Source of the DNA: an uncultured virus (IMG/VR IMGVR_UViG_3300037067_020175)
Taxonomy: Duplodnaviria > Heunggongvirae > Uroviricota > Caudoviricetes
Length of the DNA stretch: 64,000 nucleotides
Virus record (IMG/VR): IMGVR_UViG_3300037067_020175
Reading direction: 5' to 3' (one strand)
The number at the start of each line of letters is the position of its first letter. Position 1 is the first letter of the stretch. Shown here piece by piece: positions 45,702 to 56,047 of this stretch. Made by a program: the position numbers and the translations under genes. The notes below the pieces were generated by a model. The model searched no databases, was not told the DNA's origin, and saw nothing but the letters and a program-made list of their open reading frames with translations.

Positions 45702-48041
45702 CTATGATATAACTTGCGATACCTTTTTGCGTGGTGCGCGCGAAGGAGCGCGTTTTTTCACATCGTTCTTCTTGGCACGTGGCGGTCTTTTCGTAGTGGT
45801 TGTATTAGTAGTTGTAACTTCATCTGCCACGGGTTCTGCCACGGGTTCTGCCACGGGTTCTGCCACGGGTTCTGCCACGGGTTCTGCCACGGGTTCTGCC
45901 ACGGGTTCTGCCACGGGTTCTGCCACGGGTTCTCGTACCGACGGTCTTGGAACCGGAACCGTCGCATTGTATACAGTATTACATACCGGGCAAATTACCT
46001 GTTTATCACCAACTCTCGCTGTCATATCAGAGTTGCACGTTGGGCATGGTAAGTGTACAACCCCAAGATCATCTGGAACTCCGGTGACTTTGTGGGTCTC
46101 CGGCTTCGGAGTAACGTCTGGTGTTGCAGACTCAGGAACTTGCACCTGATGTATTGGTGGTTTTGACACAATATCTGGTCTTGCTGCTGGTTTTACAACC
46201 TGTTTTACAACAGGAGTGGCAACGTTTGGAGTCTTTGTAATCCGAGCAATGTCTTTCTGAGCTTCTGCCTGTATCCTCTGTGTTTCTATGTACGCGGAAG
46301 CTGCTGCTTCTCCGATCTTACTAAGTGCCTGACCTGCAAGATCCCGTGTGAAAGCGCGCCCTTCCTGCTTGTCCCGGAAATCTGCTTGTGCAAGTTCCAG
46401 ATCATTCGCTAATCTCTGGAGTTGTATCCTCTGCGACAATTCCTCCGAGGTATTCGCTAAGGGGGGAGCGCCTTTCAAGTTTTTTGATGAGATAACCTCT
46501 TGTAGAAGCAATTTCATCAAAGGGTCTTCTGATGGTGCAGCTTTCTTTTCGAGCGCATTTGTGAGAAGTTTTCCGACAAGATCCGATTGCGACCTCATAA
46601 GCTCAGCCACTTGTGGATTCTGTGCCGGTGGTGTCTGGTCTCCCGAATTCTTATTCTTCAACAATTCAAACACAAGATTACGCATCTCACGTGCTTCGGT
46701 CATAGCAGCTTCTTCACGCTTTGATTCCGTCAGAACGTTTTTGAGCTCCTTAAACTTGTCGTCGAGTTTTTCGTTTATCATCTTCTCAACATCGTTTGAA
46801 CTCAATCCGCGTGGTCTTCCGTAATCCATACCAATCACAGACCGTGTTGTATACGGAAGTTCCGGTATAGGTTGTGGATACGGTGCCTGTGGGTATTGTG
46901 GATTGCCATACTGTGGCTGATTATATTGAGCATTGCCCTGCTGGAACGGTTGTGATTGTACCATCCCAGTGTTCTGTCTCAGAGGCTGATTGAACGGCGG
47001 GAGATTCTGCACACTCGTGCTCTGGTCAAACAATCTCATATTTGAAGATGGATTCCCAATAAGGTTCATCATCTGACGTTCTTTCTCACGCTTCTTCTCT
47101 TCTTTGTATAACTCAGCCTGATATCTCTGCGCGATCTTGTTTGAAGCTGCCGGAGACAAATACATTGCCAATACACCCTGAATGGCAGCGGGTTGCCACC
47201 CATCCGGCTGCATCTGTACGTAGTCGTAGATCCTGTCGATGGTATTATCATCGAGACCGCTTTCCTCAATGAGTTCCATCAGAACTTCATTTGGATCGAA
47301 TACTTCCTCTTCGATTAATGCAGGTCTCTGTTGTCTCCCACGCTTCTTCTGTTTGCGTGGTGGTTCGTATTCTTCATCCATCTCATCTACCTCTTCTTCC
47401 ACATACCTCCGATGAGGCTTTCGTGATGGTTTAACGGGTTTGCGTGAGGGTTTAGATCTCTTTACAATTACCTTTTCCTGTGGTTCGTCCTCATCGTCTT
47501 CCTCATCGTCTCCAAGATCAATACGTGCTCTACGAACCGTTTTTTTCTTACCGGTTATATCGGGAACACTTTCGATAATCGCAGTATACTCGCGGTCTTC
47601 TGCATCGTCGTCGTCTTCATCGTCGTCTTCATCGTCGTCTTCATCGTCGCCGTAATCATCGTCGTCTTCGTCGTCCACATCCTCTTCTTCATCCGCATCA
47701 TATTCCGGAGCCACATCGTCCTCAGCCATTGGTGGATTTTCGGTTGTTTGTCCCTGCGAAGGAGTTCCACCAGCAGCAAGAGAAGCATATAGATTACCAA
47801 CAGCGATGTGATCGCGTGGGTTTACATTGAAGATTTTAAAGACTTCTTCACGTTTCAGTCGGGCAACACCATTACATTTTGGGCAGAGTGTAATAAAACT
47901 CTTACCCGAGCTGCTTGTCTGTATCTTGTCGGCAGGAACCTGAAATTTGTGTCCCTTGTTACATTTTGTAGATATCGTTTTCTCAATATCATCGTCCAAT
48001 TTTTCGTCAATCTTTTTTGCCAATTTACTCACCCGCGTCAC
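45702..48041 (-). CDS. Large low-complexity protein with terminal Zn ribbons, acidic tract, coiled coils and EPVA repeat
   Basis: CNKGH..CPKC; D/E tract; CPTC..CPVC; (EPVA)9. Confidence 0.8.
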   Translation of the reverse strand: MTRVSKLAKKIDEKLDDDIEKTISTKCNKGHKFQVPADKIQTSSSGKSFITLCPKCNGVARLKREEVFKIFNVNPRDHIAVGNLYASLAAGGTPSQGQTTENPPMAEDDVAPEYDADEEEDVDDEDDDDYGDDEDDDEDDDEDDDDAEDREYTAIIESVPDITGKKKTVRRARIDLGDDEEDDEDEPQEKVIVKRSKPSRKPVKPSRKPHRRYVEEEVDEMDEEYEPPRKQKKRGRQQRPALIEEEVFDPNEVLMELIEESGLDDNTIDRIYDYVQMQPDGWQPAAIQGVLAMYLSPAASNKIAQRYQAELYKEEKKREKERQMMNLIGNPSSNMRLFDQSTSVQNLPPFNQPLRQNTGMVQSQPFQQGNAQYNQPQYGNPQYPQAPYPQPIPELPYTTRSVIGMDYGRPRGLSSNDVEKMINEKLDDKFKELKNVLTESKREEAAMTEAREMRNLVFELLKNKNSGDQTPPAQNPQVAELMRSQSDLVGKLLTNALEKKAAPSEDPLMKLLLQEVISSKNLKGAPPLANTSEELSQRIQLQRLANDLELAQADFRDKQEGRAFTRDLAGQALSKIGEAAASAYIETQRIQAEAQKDIARITKTPNVATPVVKQVVKPAARPDIVSKPPIHQVQVPESATPDVTPKPETHKVTGVPDDLGVVHLPCPTCNSDMTARVGDKQVICPVCNTVYNATVPVPRPSVREPVAEPVAEPVAEPVAEPVAEPVAEPVAEPVAEPVADEVTTTNTTTTKRPPRAKKNDVKKRAPSRAPRKKVSQVIS
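45823..45930. repeat. Perfect 12-bp tandem repeat (TCTGCCACGGGT) x9
   Basis: Counted directly; in frame. Confidence 0.95.
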
Positions 48042-48588
48042 GCGTTTCGTCCATTATCACTCTTGGTTGTGAATTGTAATTGTTCTGATCTGTAAACTGC
48101 ATATATGTGAGATATGCTGCGAGAATTCCACCAGCGAGTACACTTGCGCCTTTCATAGCAAGTTTCTGGCGTTCCTCGTAAGGAAGGTCTTCGCGTGTAA
48201 ATCCCTGAGCGAGTGTAGCCACACCGAGTCCAAACACCGAACCACCCGCGTTTGTAATTCCCGATAGTTCTCCGAATGTTTCCAATGCCAAGAAAGGATT
48301 TTCTTTAGGGATCGATAGTGCCACACCCTGTTGTTGATGTCTTGGGGGTGCGAGTCCTCTGTTCTGAAGCGAAACGTCTCCGGGTTTTACTCCGGCTTCA
48401 AGCTCGGCAATTACCTTTTGTAATTTCTTCACCCTGCGAGAAACCGTAACCGCAGAAATTCCGTATTTCTTGGACAAGTCGGTGAAGGATGACCCCTTTC
48501 CACCTTTAATGTGCAGGTTGAACATTTCAATGTCCCGGTCTGTAACACCTCTGCCCCTCAGAATTTCAATAGTTGTTCGATTTTCCAT
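48025..48588 (-). CDS. HTH protein with C-terminal hydrophobic segments
   Basis: SFTDLSKKYGISAVTVSRRVKK; GVATLA and VLAGGILAAYL. Confidence 0.7.
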   Translation of the reverse strand: MENRTTIEILRGRGVTDRDIEMFNLHIKGGKGSSFTDLSKKYGISAVTVSRRVKKLQKVIAELEAGVKPGDVSLQNRGLAPPRHQQQGVALSIPKENPFLALETFGELSGITNAGGSVFGLGVATLAQGFTREDLPYEERQKLAMKGASVLAGGILAAYLTYMQFTDQNNYNSQPRVIMDETRDAGE

Positions 48589-48712
48589 ACGAAATGTGTA
48601 TTAGTGGACATTGTATTTAAATATTTGCACAAAATAATACAGTTTTTGTAATAATTCGATCAACCACCAGCACGATTGCAAATATTTATATCGTTTCAGA
48701 ATATATAACCAA

Positions 48713-49147
48713 TTGGTGGTTCCAATGGATTCAGAAAATATCGATCCCATGTACGAATCGGAATATCTCAAAAAGGTAATGGCTAATATACCGATAGGGC
48801 TTTGTTACGTACACGAACGCACATTCCTTTGGGTAAACGAATTTATACTCAAAATGCTCGGATATACATACGAAGAACTTGTAAACCACAGCACCAGAAT
48901 ACTTTATAAAACAGATACAGAATTTAACCGCGTGGGTGAGCTACTGTACACCAAAAAAACCGGTGTTGTGTCAGATATCTTGAGAAAGGACGGTCAGGTT
49001 GTGACTGTAATGATGCATGCCATCAGCGAGGAAAAACGTACCCCAGATGGGAAATTCTTATCTCCACATGTTGTTACAATATCGATGATGTCACCCGAAC
49101 TCCTATCGATGATCGGAACCGCAGTACCAATGATAAAAATCAGGTAA
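48713..49147 (+). CDS. Stand-alone PAS domain protein
   Basis: NIPIGL...WVN....MLGY..EEL....TRILY...RKDG. Confidence 0.82.
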   Translation: MVVPMDSENIDPMYESEYLKKVMANIPIGLCYVHERTFLWVNEFILKMLGYTYEELVNHSTRILYKTDTEFNRVGELLYTKKTGVVSDILRKDGQVVTVMMHAISEEKRTPDGKFLSPHVVTISMMSPELLSMIGTAVPMIKIR

Positions 49148-49150
49148 TAT

Positions 49151-49405
49151 ATGAAAAAAACGCACGTGCTCAAAATCCTGAATGGCGAAGGTGGGGATAG
49201 ACCAGATTCGGATTTCGACCCATATTGGCTTCGTATAGGAACCCAGATAGAGGGAGAGCACACTTCCCGGAAAGATGTTGCAAAAATTATAGCAAAGGTT
49301 CATCTCACAGAACATGGGAGTATGTACTACGTAAAATTAATCGAGATGGAAGAAGAGCTCAAACGCACTGAGGAATTGGAGCGGATTATTTATGGGCACA
49401 AGTAA
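49151..49405 (+). CDS. DUF5661-like protein
   Basis: L.IG..IE.EHT.....A..IA..HL.E....YY.KL..ME. Confidence 0.75.
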   Translation: MKKTHVLKILNGEGGDRPDSDFDPYWLRIGTQIEGEHTSRKDVAKIIAKVHLTEHGSMYYVKLIEMEEELKRTEELERIIYGHK

Positions 49406-49449
49406 CTTTTTTAGATAAGTTTATATACGCACCCGTTTTATATATTGTT

Positions 49450-49806
49450 ATGACGATCACTATGGGAGAGTTGAAGTCGCAGCTTGTCGGGTTTACCGGG
49501 ACAAGCCAATACTGGAAAGGATCGCTCACACTCGATTACACCGATGGTATAAAATCCCTGCACGAAATCGCGAAATGTTACTGGCTTATACAGGATATAT
49601 CGATTGTAAGCAAGATGAAATTCAAGAATGCCCCATTTCAGGTATGGGCAATCGATGTAAAAAATGGAAAGGGAGAACTCACCATGAAGGAAGATACCGG
49701 AAGACCGGTGTTATATCGTCAAAAATACAGTTACACCGATTTTCCGGAAGGAAGATTCGAAATATGGGTTATAGATGGGGTTATGATTCTCCCATCCGAA
49801 TACTAA
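49450..49806 (+). CDS. DUF6876-like protein
   Basis: FTGT.QY, TDG...L....CYWL, FQVW, Q...YTDFP and LPSEY. Confidence 0.75.
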   Translation: MTITMGELKSQLVGFTGTSQYWKGSLTLDYTDGIKSLHEIAKCYWLIQDISIVSKMKFKNAPFQVWAIDVKNGKGELTMKEDTGRPVLYRQKYSYTDFPEGRFEIWVIDGVMILPSEY

Positions 49807-49809
49807 TTT

Positions 49810-51063
49810 TTAAGCAAACTTTGGATAGGATATCACAGTAGACTTCTGTCCGTTTCTATCACTATGCTTCTTTACCTTACATGTCAGAACTTTGTAGTCT
49901 CCGACATTCATAACCCGGTCTGATGGAGCAAACCAAGTCAGGATATTACCACGATCATCTATCATGTTGGTAATATTTACAACACCGTAATTACCTTCCC
50001 ACGGAAACACCGATGTTATGGTAACGGGAAGAACCAACTTGTCTCCGATCTCTCCCAAAAACCCACTTTGACTGTAATCTGTGCGATTCTTTTCAAGTGT
50101 GCGCATGTATATTGGTATAAGACTCGCAACGTACCCGGCATCTTTGTCACGAACGTAATCCCCACCGAGTATCAGTTTCATGTTGTGACCGAAATCGTTG
50201 AGGGATTCATCTGCGCGATCTACGAAAGCCGTCTTCCCATATTCCATTGCTGCTTCAGAAAGTTCTGTGGCTCGTTGGTTTTCTTCATCTGTGATTGATG
50301 AGTGGAATGCGGTTGCATCTTTCCCGGTTATCCGCGAGTAAACACCCATAAAGTGGTCGTGGAATACACGATACCCAGTTGGATCTATCGGCATATACCC
50401 GTCTTCACGATATCTTTCCTTTGCCTGTTTTGATGTCACGTATCCATATCTTATAACATAAAGAGCAACCATGTAGAGGAAACTGCGAATGGGAGCGCGA
50501 TGGTAAGCATGTCCACTCCCACTTCCACCGGATGCTGATGTTTCCATCTCTTTCGTCAAATCGTATAACACGCTTGCGAAGTCTGCAACCCTTTCAGGAT
50601 TGTGAATACCAGTAAAATCAGCCAAGCACGTCCTTCCAACAACTTTCCATCCATTCACAGGGTGATAAACTATAAATGTTTCGTTACGCTGCCTTCTGGT
50701 ATGACAGTGATCACATCTGTCCGGCGTCACATTTCTGTATTCTACGGGCACTTCGAGTTCTATTCCGGGAAACTTTCTTATCATGACCCCGTTCTCGTAT
50801 GGTTCAACTACATCAACGAGTGTCCACCCATTCAGTTTTGGAGCGGATCCGGTGAAAACTATTTGCTGCATGTCTATAACAAATTCGTTGTTAGACCCCG
50901 GATTGAACACCGTAGCGTATGGGTCTCCGACAGAATAGATAACAATCGGTTCTGCCCCGATTTTGGAACCGCGTTTGTTTATTTTCGCAATCTTTTCTAC
51001 AAATACCGGAACGTTGTATACAGGTATTTCATATATTTGTGACTCGTTGGGAAGGGCAGACAT
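49810..51063 (-). CDS. Phage-type protein with Zn motif and C-terminal OB-like domain
   Basis: CDHC...R.R...VG.TCL.DF; G.IGDKL...GN...WF...VKKH. Confidence 0.7.
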   Translation of the reverse strand: MSALPNESQIYEIPVYNVPVFVEKIAKINKRGSKIGAEPIVIYSVGDPYATVFNPGSNNEFVIDMQQIVFTGSAPKLNGWTLVDVVEPYENGVMIRKFPGIELEVPVEYRNVTPDRCDHCHTRRQRNETFIVYHPVNGWKVVGRTCLADFTGIHNPERVADFASVLYDLTKEMETSASGGSGSGHAYHRAPIRSFLYMVALYVIRYGYVTSKQAKERYREDGYMPIDPTGYRVFHDHFMGVYSRITGKDATAFHSSITDEENQRATELSEAAMEYGKTAFVDRADESLNDFGHNMKLILGGDYVRDKDAGYVASLIPIYMRTLEKNRTDYSQSGFLGEIGDKLVLPVTITSVFPWEGNYGVVNITNMIDDRGNILTWFAPSDRVMNVGDYKVLTCKVKKHSDRNGQKSTVISYPKFA

Positions 51064-51096
51064 ACGATTGTATTTTGTAAGTGCCTGTATAAAAGA

Positions 51097-51399
51097 TTAT
51101 CTGAATTCGTTTGCTAATTTTTCTGTATCTCTCTTGAATTCCTTTTCTATTTCTGTCATTGTTGTGAGATAACTGAGAATTTCCTCAGGGGTAAGCTGGT
51201 TATTATACGACAATATAGCCGCACTTATTGCCCCATATCCAGCGTAAAACTTGTGCATACAGTCCACAATAGATGGAACGTCGTGATTCCTTATGGAGTC
51301 CTTAACGTAACCCGATAGTTGCTGTAACCCGGTTGTAAATTTGCTGATATCTGCAACACAATCTGCTCTCGTTCTTGGTGTTGTCGGTGTAGTCTTCAT
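51097..51399 (-). CDS. Hypothetical protein
   Basis: Coupled ORF. Confidence 0.6.
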   Translation of the reverse strand: MKTTPTTPRTRADCVADISKFTTGLQQLSGYVKDSIRNHDVPSIVDCMHKFYAGYGAISAAILSYNNQLTPEEILSYLTTMTEIEKEFKRDTEKLANEFR

Positions 51400-51716
51400 G
51401 ATGTCTCCATATCCGCGTTCTTACAGAACAGTCGGCATTTACATATACCATCTGTTTCTATTTGTGTCTTTGCTTTTTTACATGGGCATATGTAATCCAC
51501 CCGTTCTTTTTCGGGTACAACCTTTATGATCACACATGGGCAATACATTTTTCCCCACAAAACCATATTCCTTACGAGACCTTTATATACGGCTTCGAGT
51601 TTCTTCTTATCCGGGTTTAAAACCCACCCGTTTTCACGAGCGGATACCGCACACTTCATGCGCGTTCTCTCTTCGATCAGATTCCGTGCTATATCAGATT
51701 CTACAAGTTTTGTCAT
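51396..51716 (-). CDS. Ferredoxin:thioredoxin reductase catalytic subunit-like protein
   Basis: LNPD...V..GL..N...G..YCPC...ICPC...G.CKCRLF; start via ATGA overlap. Confidence 0.85.
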   Translation of the reverse strand: MTKLVESDIARNLIEERTRMKCAVSARENGWVLNPDKKKLEAVYKGLVRNMVLWGKMYCPCVIIKVVPEKERVDYICPCKKAKTQIETDGICKCRLFCKNADMETS

Positions 51717-51979
51717 TTTTCCCTCATTGCATATAATATCGAATGCATTGTGAGTTTCCATAACCTTTGCGGTCTTCTCTCAGAAGTCCACCCAGATCTT
51801 ACAACTACACCTTCATTATGCATTTTGCGTATATTTGTAACTTCGCGCTGGCTCTTCGTAAGTGCTTTCTTCATGTCGGATAGTACAAATTCCCCATACC
51901 CAAATTTTTTGTATAATCTACGAATAGCAGCGCATCGTTCTTTCACGACTTCGGCATTTCCGACAAATCCGTATACCAT
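51713..51979 (-). CDS. Small basic protein, paralog 1 of 3 (wHTH-like)
   Basis: KKFG..EF...LWKLT. Confidence 0.6.
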   Translation of the reverse strand: MVYGFVGNAEVVKERCAAIRRLYKKFGYGEFVLSDMKKALTKSQREVTNIRKMHNEGVVVRSGWTSERRPQRLWKLTMHSILYAMREK

Positions 51980-51982
51980 GTA

Positions 51983-52231
51983 TCACATATCCTTTTTTAA
52001 TATATTAATAGTTTGGGCAGTCAGGCACCACAATGATGCCTTATCCATTATTCCGGGAACCTTTTTGATGTAATTGCTACTATCCCATCGCGATATTTCA
52101 CCACTCGTAAGATCCGGGAGAATCTCTTCGCTCAGAATATTCGCTCGTGTGAAAGGAGAACCCCCAAATTTTTTGAATATGGGTTTTAGTTTCTCCCTGT
52201 CGTCGAACCCAATCGTGAATCTGTATTTCAT
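51983..52231 (-). CDS. Small basic protein, paralog 2 of 3
   Basis: DDREKL.PI.KKFG..PFT...SGEI.RWD...LWCLT. Confidence 0.65.
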   Translation of the reverse strand: MKYRFTIGFDDREKLKPIFKKFGGSPFTRANILSEEILPDLTSGEISRWDSSNYIKKVPGIMDKASLWCLTAQTINILKKDM

Positions 52232-52512
52232 TTTTTGTATACACGCGGTTTTCTTTTCAGGCATTTTACAGTCCGTTCTGTTAATTTCCAAAGTGCTACA
52301 GTGCGCACGTATTTATTTTTGAGATTTACTTCTCCAACCTTAGTTATGATATCTCCCATATCCCAACGCAGAATATCCCCGCTCTTCACACGATCTGGGC
52401 ATATCTCGGACTCATTTACTGCATACATCGTGAATGGTTCTTCCCCAAACTTGTTCAAGATTGGTAATAGTTTATTCTTATCATCGTATTTTATTCTGAA
52501 TGTAAGTGACAT
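52228..52512 (-). CDS. Small basic protein, paralog 3 of 3
   Basis: DDKNKL.PI.NKFG..PFT...SGDI.RWD...LWKLT. Confidence 0.65.
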   Translation of the reverse strand: MSLTFRIKYDDKNKLLPILNKFGEEPFTMYAVNESEICPDRVKSGDILRWDMGDIITKVGEVNLKNKYVRTVALWKLTERTVKCLKRKPRVYKK

Positions 52513-52754
52513 TATTCAAACCTCCCGCGTCTTCGAGCAGACCGAATATCAAGTCTACAGTGAGCACACACCGTTGAAGTATATGTTGGTTCTATGTATT
52601 CTTTGTTCACAACCATGCACCAGATCATTTTCACTACGTCTTGTATCCCAATGTTATAGTGTCCAACGTAACTTCTTGTAGGAACAAATTCGCTACACCT
52701 AGTCCCAATACACGGTTCTCCTACATACGGGCATATTTTCTCTTCCTCAATCAT
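52512..52754 (-). CDS. Small Cys-rich protein
   Basis: KICP....PC....C. Confidence 0.6.
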   Translation of the reverse strand: MIEEEKICPYVGEPCIGTRCSEFVPTRSYVGHYNIGIQDVVKMIWCMVVNKEYIEPTYTSTVCAHCRLDIRSARRRGRFE

Positions 52755-53329
52755 ATTTTTTGCTCCAGTTCGTATGCGGTCTTTGGACTCATCGAATATC
52801 CAGCTCTAATACCACGCTCGCGCGCCCACACGAACCACTCGCGCCGCGTCGCATTTTTGTCGATGAACCCATGTTTTATAGCATCTGACATATATTCGTC
52901 GAGTTCCCCAGACAGTCTCGCGCGCAATAGATAGAACCACCACGGGTCGTATTTTATTGAGAGTTTGTCAGCCCAGCACAGCTTTGTTGGTTCGGCGCGG
53001 TGGAGTTTTGCAAGAGTCCTGCTATGGAACAGACAGAGATGCATATATGTTCCGGGAAATCCCCATCCCTGATGGGAAGGATCTAACCACCTGTTTGCAA
53101 AGTGAGCTCCAAAAAATGGGTGCAATTCGCCCTCATCTCCATCCATATTAGGGCATCCCCAATATCCGAGATCGTGGACAAAGATACATACTAGTTCCTT
53201 CAAGTTTGGAAATCCGTATAATTCAATCCAAGCTAAAATCACTGTTATCGGGTGCCAGAAAAACTGGTGCACTCCAAACAAAATAGACTTAGTACCCACA
53301 CTCAGGATTGCCTTTCTATCAACGCTCAT
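52751..53329 (-). CDS. HD-like phage protein
   Basis: GTKS.LFG.HQF..HP, HDLGYWG, FHSR and WADK. Confidence 0.65.
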   Translation of the reverse strand: MSVDRKAILSVGTKSILFGVHQFFWHPITVILAWIELYGFPNLKELVCIFVHDLGYWGCPNMDGDEGELHPFFGAHFANRWLDPSHQGWGFPGTYMHLCLFHSRTLAKLHRAEPTKLCWADKLSIKYDPWWFYLLRARLSGELDEYMSDAIKHGFIDKNATRREWFVWARERGIRAGYSMSPKTAYELEQKI

Positions 53330-53706
53330 GGCACTTCTTTTCCATTTTCGTTCTCTTTTCGTGCAACCGTGTGCGATTCGGTAACAACATCGCGCGCTTT
53401 GGCGCGTTTATTCTTCGAATCCACAAGTCTTGTGCGAAGTCTGTTCCACTTAAAATTGGTTCTCGCAGCAACTTCCTGTTCTGTTATGCCAACCATCATC
53501 ATGAGTTGCTTCGCCATAACACGGTTGTCTGCAAGTTCGTCTGTTATATGATCTGACGTGTTCTTGCCTCGTCCGAACTTACAAACAGCCAGTATGAGTT
53601 CAGCAGCTTCCTCGATTACCATCATCACTTGGGCATTATATCCCCAACACTGAACAGCATCCTTACACAATTCTTCGACATTGGGGTCATTTCCATTCAA
53701 ATCCAT
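53326..53706 (-). CDS. MazG-like nucleotide pyrophosphohydrolase
   Basis: Q.MM.IEE.AEL...K..R...DELAD. Confidence 0.75.
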   Translation of the reverse strand: MDLNGNDPNVEELCKDAVQCWGYNAQVMMVIEEAAELILAVCKFGRGKNTSDHITDELADNRVMAKQLMMMVGITEQEVAARTNFKWNRLRTRLVDSKNKRAKARDVVTESHTVARKENENGKEVP

Positions 53707-53764
53707 AGATATCCTCGTTTGACAATATTATTCTAAAAGAGGATCTATAAAAAGAGATGCATTA

Positions 53765-54160
53765 CTACGTTGGGATTCCAAAATTTATATCTACGCGATG
53801 ACGGTCAAGAAGTTCCTGCTGCTTTGCAGCGTTCCATCCACCAACCTCCTGCAAATATCCAGTAACACGTGAGATCTGAGCCACATCGTGGCTCCCACAA
53901 CCGGGGCATACAGCATCCCCACACGTTTTACAATACGAAATCCCTGAGTGGACAGTAGCCGCGCATGTGCATGCGTGATCTTCAGGACAAAGTTCTACCA
54001 TATCAAGACCACAGTCTTGGCATTTTGGTGGTTTGGGTTCTTTATTTTCCGTATCGTTCATATCGCGAGCCTGTTTATACAACATAGTCGTGGATTCGTC
54101 GTAAACCCCTCTACATGCTTTGCAAATATATCGCTTTCCTTCTAATTTTATCGTTTCCAT
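53765..54160 (-). CDS. Small protein with NrdD C-terminal (Zn ribbon and glycyl-radical loop) domain
   Basis: CPGCGS.DV..ISRVTGYL...WN.AK..EL.DR; no RNR catalytic barrel. Confidence 0.8.
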   Translation of the reverse strand: METIKLEGKRYICKACRGVYDESTTMLYKQARDMNDTENKEPKPPKCQDCGLDMVELCPEDHACTCAATVHSGISYCKTCGDAVCPGCGSHDVAQISRVTGYLQEVGGWNAAKQQELLDRHRVDINFGIPT

Positions 54161-54217
54161 TTGGCACCCCCAAGTGCATTGTAGATAGTGGGACTGAGAC
54201 GATATAAAACTTTGTAA

Positions 54218-54493
54218 TCAACGTCGCATCGACTTGGGAACGAACTTTTTCTTTTTGGAAGATGCGCCAGCGCGCGCTGCATTAATCTTCTTCCGGTTTC
54301 TCCAGTAGTATCTCAATTGCTTCGACGGTCTCTCTTGATAAAATGGAGCATTCTCTATATTATTCTCAAAATGTTTGAACCAGTAGCACGCGCGGAGGTG
54401 TGCATACAACCCAAGCTTGGTTCTGCACACCTTCCCACACCCGTAACACTGTAGTATTGACCGTCCTGTTGACAAATCTACTTTTTCGATCAT
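54218..54493 (-). CDS. C2HC-type zinc-finger protein
   Basis: CYGCGK...GL.AH...C. Confidence 0.65.
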   Translation of the reverse strand: MIEKVDLSTGRSILQCYGCGKVCRTKLGLYAHLRACYWFKHFENNIENAPFYQERPSKQLRYYWRNRKKINAARAGASSKKKKFVPKSMRR

Positions 54494-54603
54494 GTAATTA
54501 TATGATTTTGGATATACAATCTATTTAAGCTTTACTATAAACCCGCAACACCCGTGTTTTTTGATACAGAACTTTATATTTTCAAACGTCAAAATGGTAG
54601 TGT

Positions 54604-54915
54604 ATGGAAATTTTAAGCCTCTTATCGGCAATTTTCCCTTTGATACAGTATCCTGCTGCATTCTTAACATGCGCCGGATACTACTTTGTTGGGAGTAAAA
54701 GTGCAAATATCAGGAAAACTGGATTCACACTTGGTGTTATTGGCAACATTATATGGATGATATATGGCATTTCCCCGATCCAACCCGGAATTATTGTAAC
54801 AAACCTGTTCGTTTTAGCATTCGGAATTCGCGGATATGTAAATAATTCATACAAAGTCGATCCGGAACTACTCGATTACATGGAAAAAAACGATCTTATT
54901 ATAAAAAACAAATAA
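54604..54915 (+). CDS. Small 3-TM protein, possibly SemiSWEET/PnuC-like
   Basis: GF....IGNIIW..YG pattern. Confidence 0.5.
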   Translation: MEILSLLSAIFPLIQYPAAFLTCAGYYFVGSKSANIRKTGFTLGVIGNIIWMIYGISPIQPGIIVTNLFVLAFGIRGYVNNSYKVDPELLDYMEKNDLIIKNK

Positions 54916-54920
54916 ATTTA

Positions 54921-56045
54921 TTATTCTTTTTTTGTTTTTAGTGGTTGAAAATCTGTAGTCACGTAATAATCCCAACACTCATCGCATATTGTGGTCAGTT
55001 CTTCATTTATTGTGTCGATCCTATCCATGAAATTTTCGGAATAATAATCGTCAACGCTTACAACCGCGTTCATGTACAAGCTTTTGTAACAATCCGGATC
55101 GTGTTTTATCTCGATAGTAATCTCAAAAGGCTCCTGCCCAAACTTTTCATGTATAGACAGTATACTTTTTCTCACCATTGGGATGTATTTCACATCGCGC
55201 TCTATGAATTTTCTCACTCTTTTCGGTTCTTCAATAAAGACACCGGACTTTAAAAGCCATAAGAACATCTGGTCTATGTCCCATTTCGAAGCGATATTGT
55301 GGATTTCTTCGTTCGCGATCTCGATATAATTCTTGGAAATATCAACTCCTATAAACCTTCTCCCAAGAATCTTGCATGCGGAACCGGTTGTTCCGCGACC
55401 ACAGAACGGATCTAATACAACATCGTCCAGATATGTGAATAAATTAATCGCGCGCAGTGGAATATCGAGACTGTAAGAAGCCTGTGTCTTGGTTGTTGTA
55501 GCCGCGCGGTAATTCCATTCGCCTTTTACAGACTCCATGAACTCGTCGCGCTCGATTGTTGAGACACCTTTCGTGAGTTTCTTCTTTTCTTTCTTGTATG
55601 CGCATATCACACATTCTTTTGGGTTATACATGTATGGTGATGATGCAGACATCCATGAACCCCACGCAGTGTATTTCACCCGTTCGGATTGGTCTTCCAC
55701 GAGATCCGCAATACCATTCCACTGGAATCCGATCTCCTTCATGATTTGCCACACGTCTGATGTCACAAATACCCTACCACCGCGACCCGGCTGACTGATT
55801 TCGTAAAACAGATTCACTGCGATGCGACCATCATCTTTCAGTACGCGGTAAGCTTGCGTGAGCCACTCGCGCATGAATACAAGATACTCGTCATATGACA
55901 TACCGTCGTTCCACGAATCGTATTTGATGTTGCAGTTGTATGGCGGAGATGTGCATATTAAATCTACAGAATCTTCAGGTATTTCCCCCGATCCCATAAC
56001 GTTTCTACAGTCGCCCACGATAAGTTTTGGTTCAAAGTTTTTCAT
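54921..56045 (-). CDS. DNA N4-cytosine/N6-adenine methyltransferase (beta class) with C-terminal extension
   Basis: TSPPY precedes VLDPFCGRGTT; start MKNFEP. Confidence 0.9.
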   Translation of the reverse strand: MKNFEPKLIVGDCRNVMGSGEIPEDSVDLICTSPPYNCNIKYDSWNDGMSYDEYLVFMREWLTQAYRVLKDDGRIAVNLFYEISQPGRGGRVFVTSDVWQIMKEIGFQWNGIADLVEDQSERVKYTAWGSWMSASSPYMYNPKECVICAYKKEKKKLTKGVSTIERDEFMESVKGEWNYRAATTTKTQASYSLDIPLRAINLFTYLDDVVLDPFCGRGTTGSACKILGRRFIGVDISKNYIEIANEEIHNIASKWDIDQMFLWLLKSGVFIEEPKRVRKFIERDVKYIPMVRKSILSIHEKFGQEPFEITIEIKHDPDCYKSLYMNAVVSVDDYYSENFMDRIDTINEELTTICDECWDYYVTTDFQPLKTKKE

Positions 56046-56047
56046 TG

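Noticed and set aside
45544..46149. ORFs with (ATGS)n, (HGFC)n or (NPWQ)n repeats
   Set aside because: Alternative frames of the 12-bp repeat in the 779-aa gene
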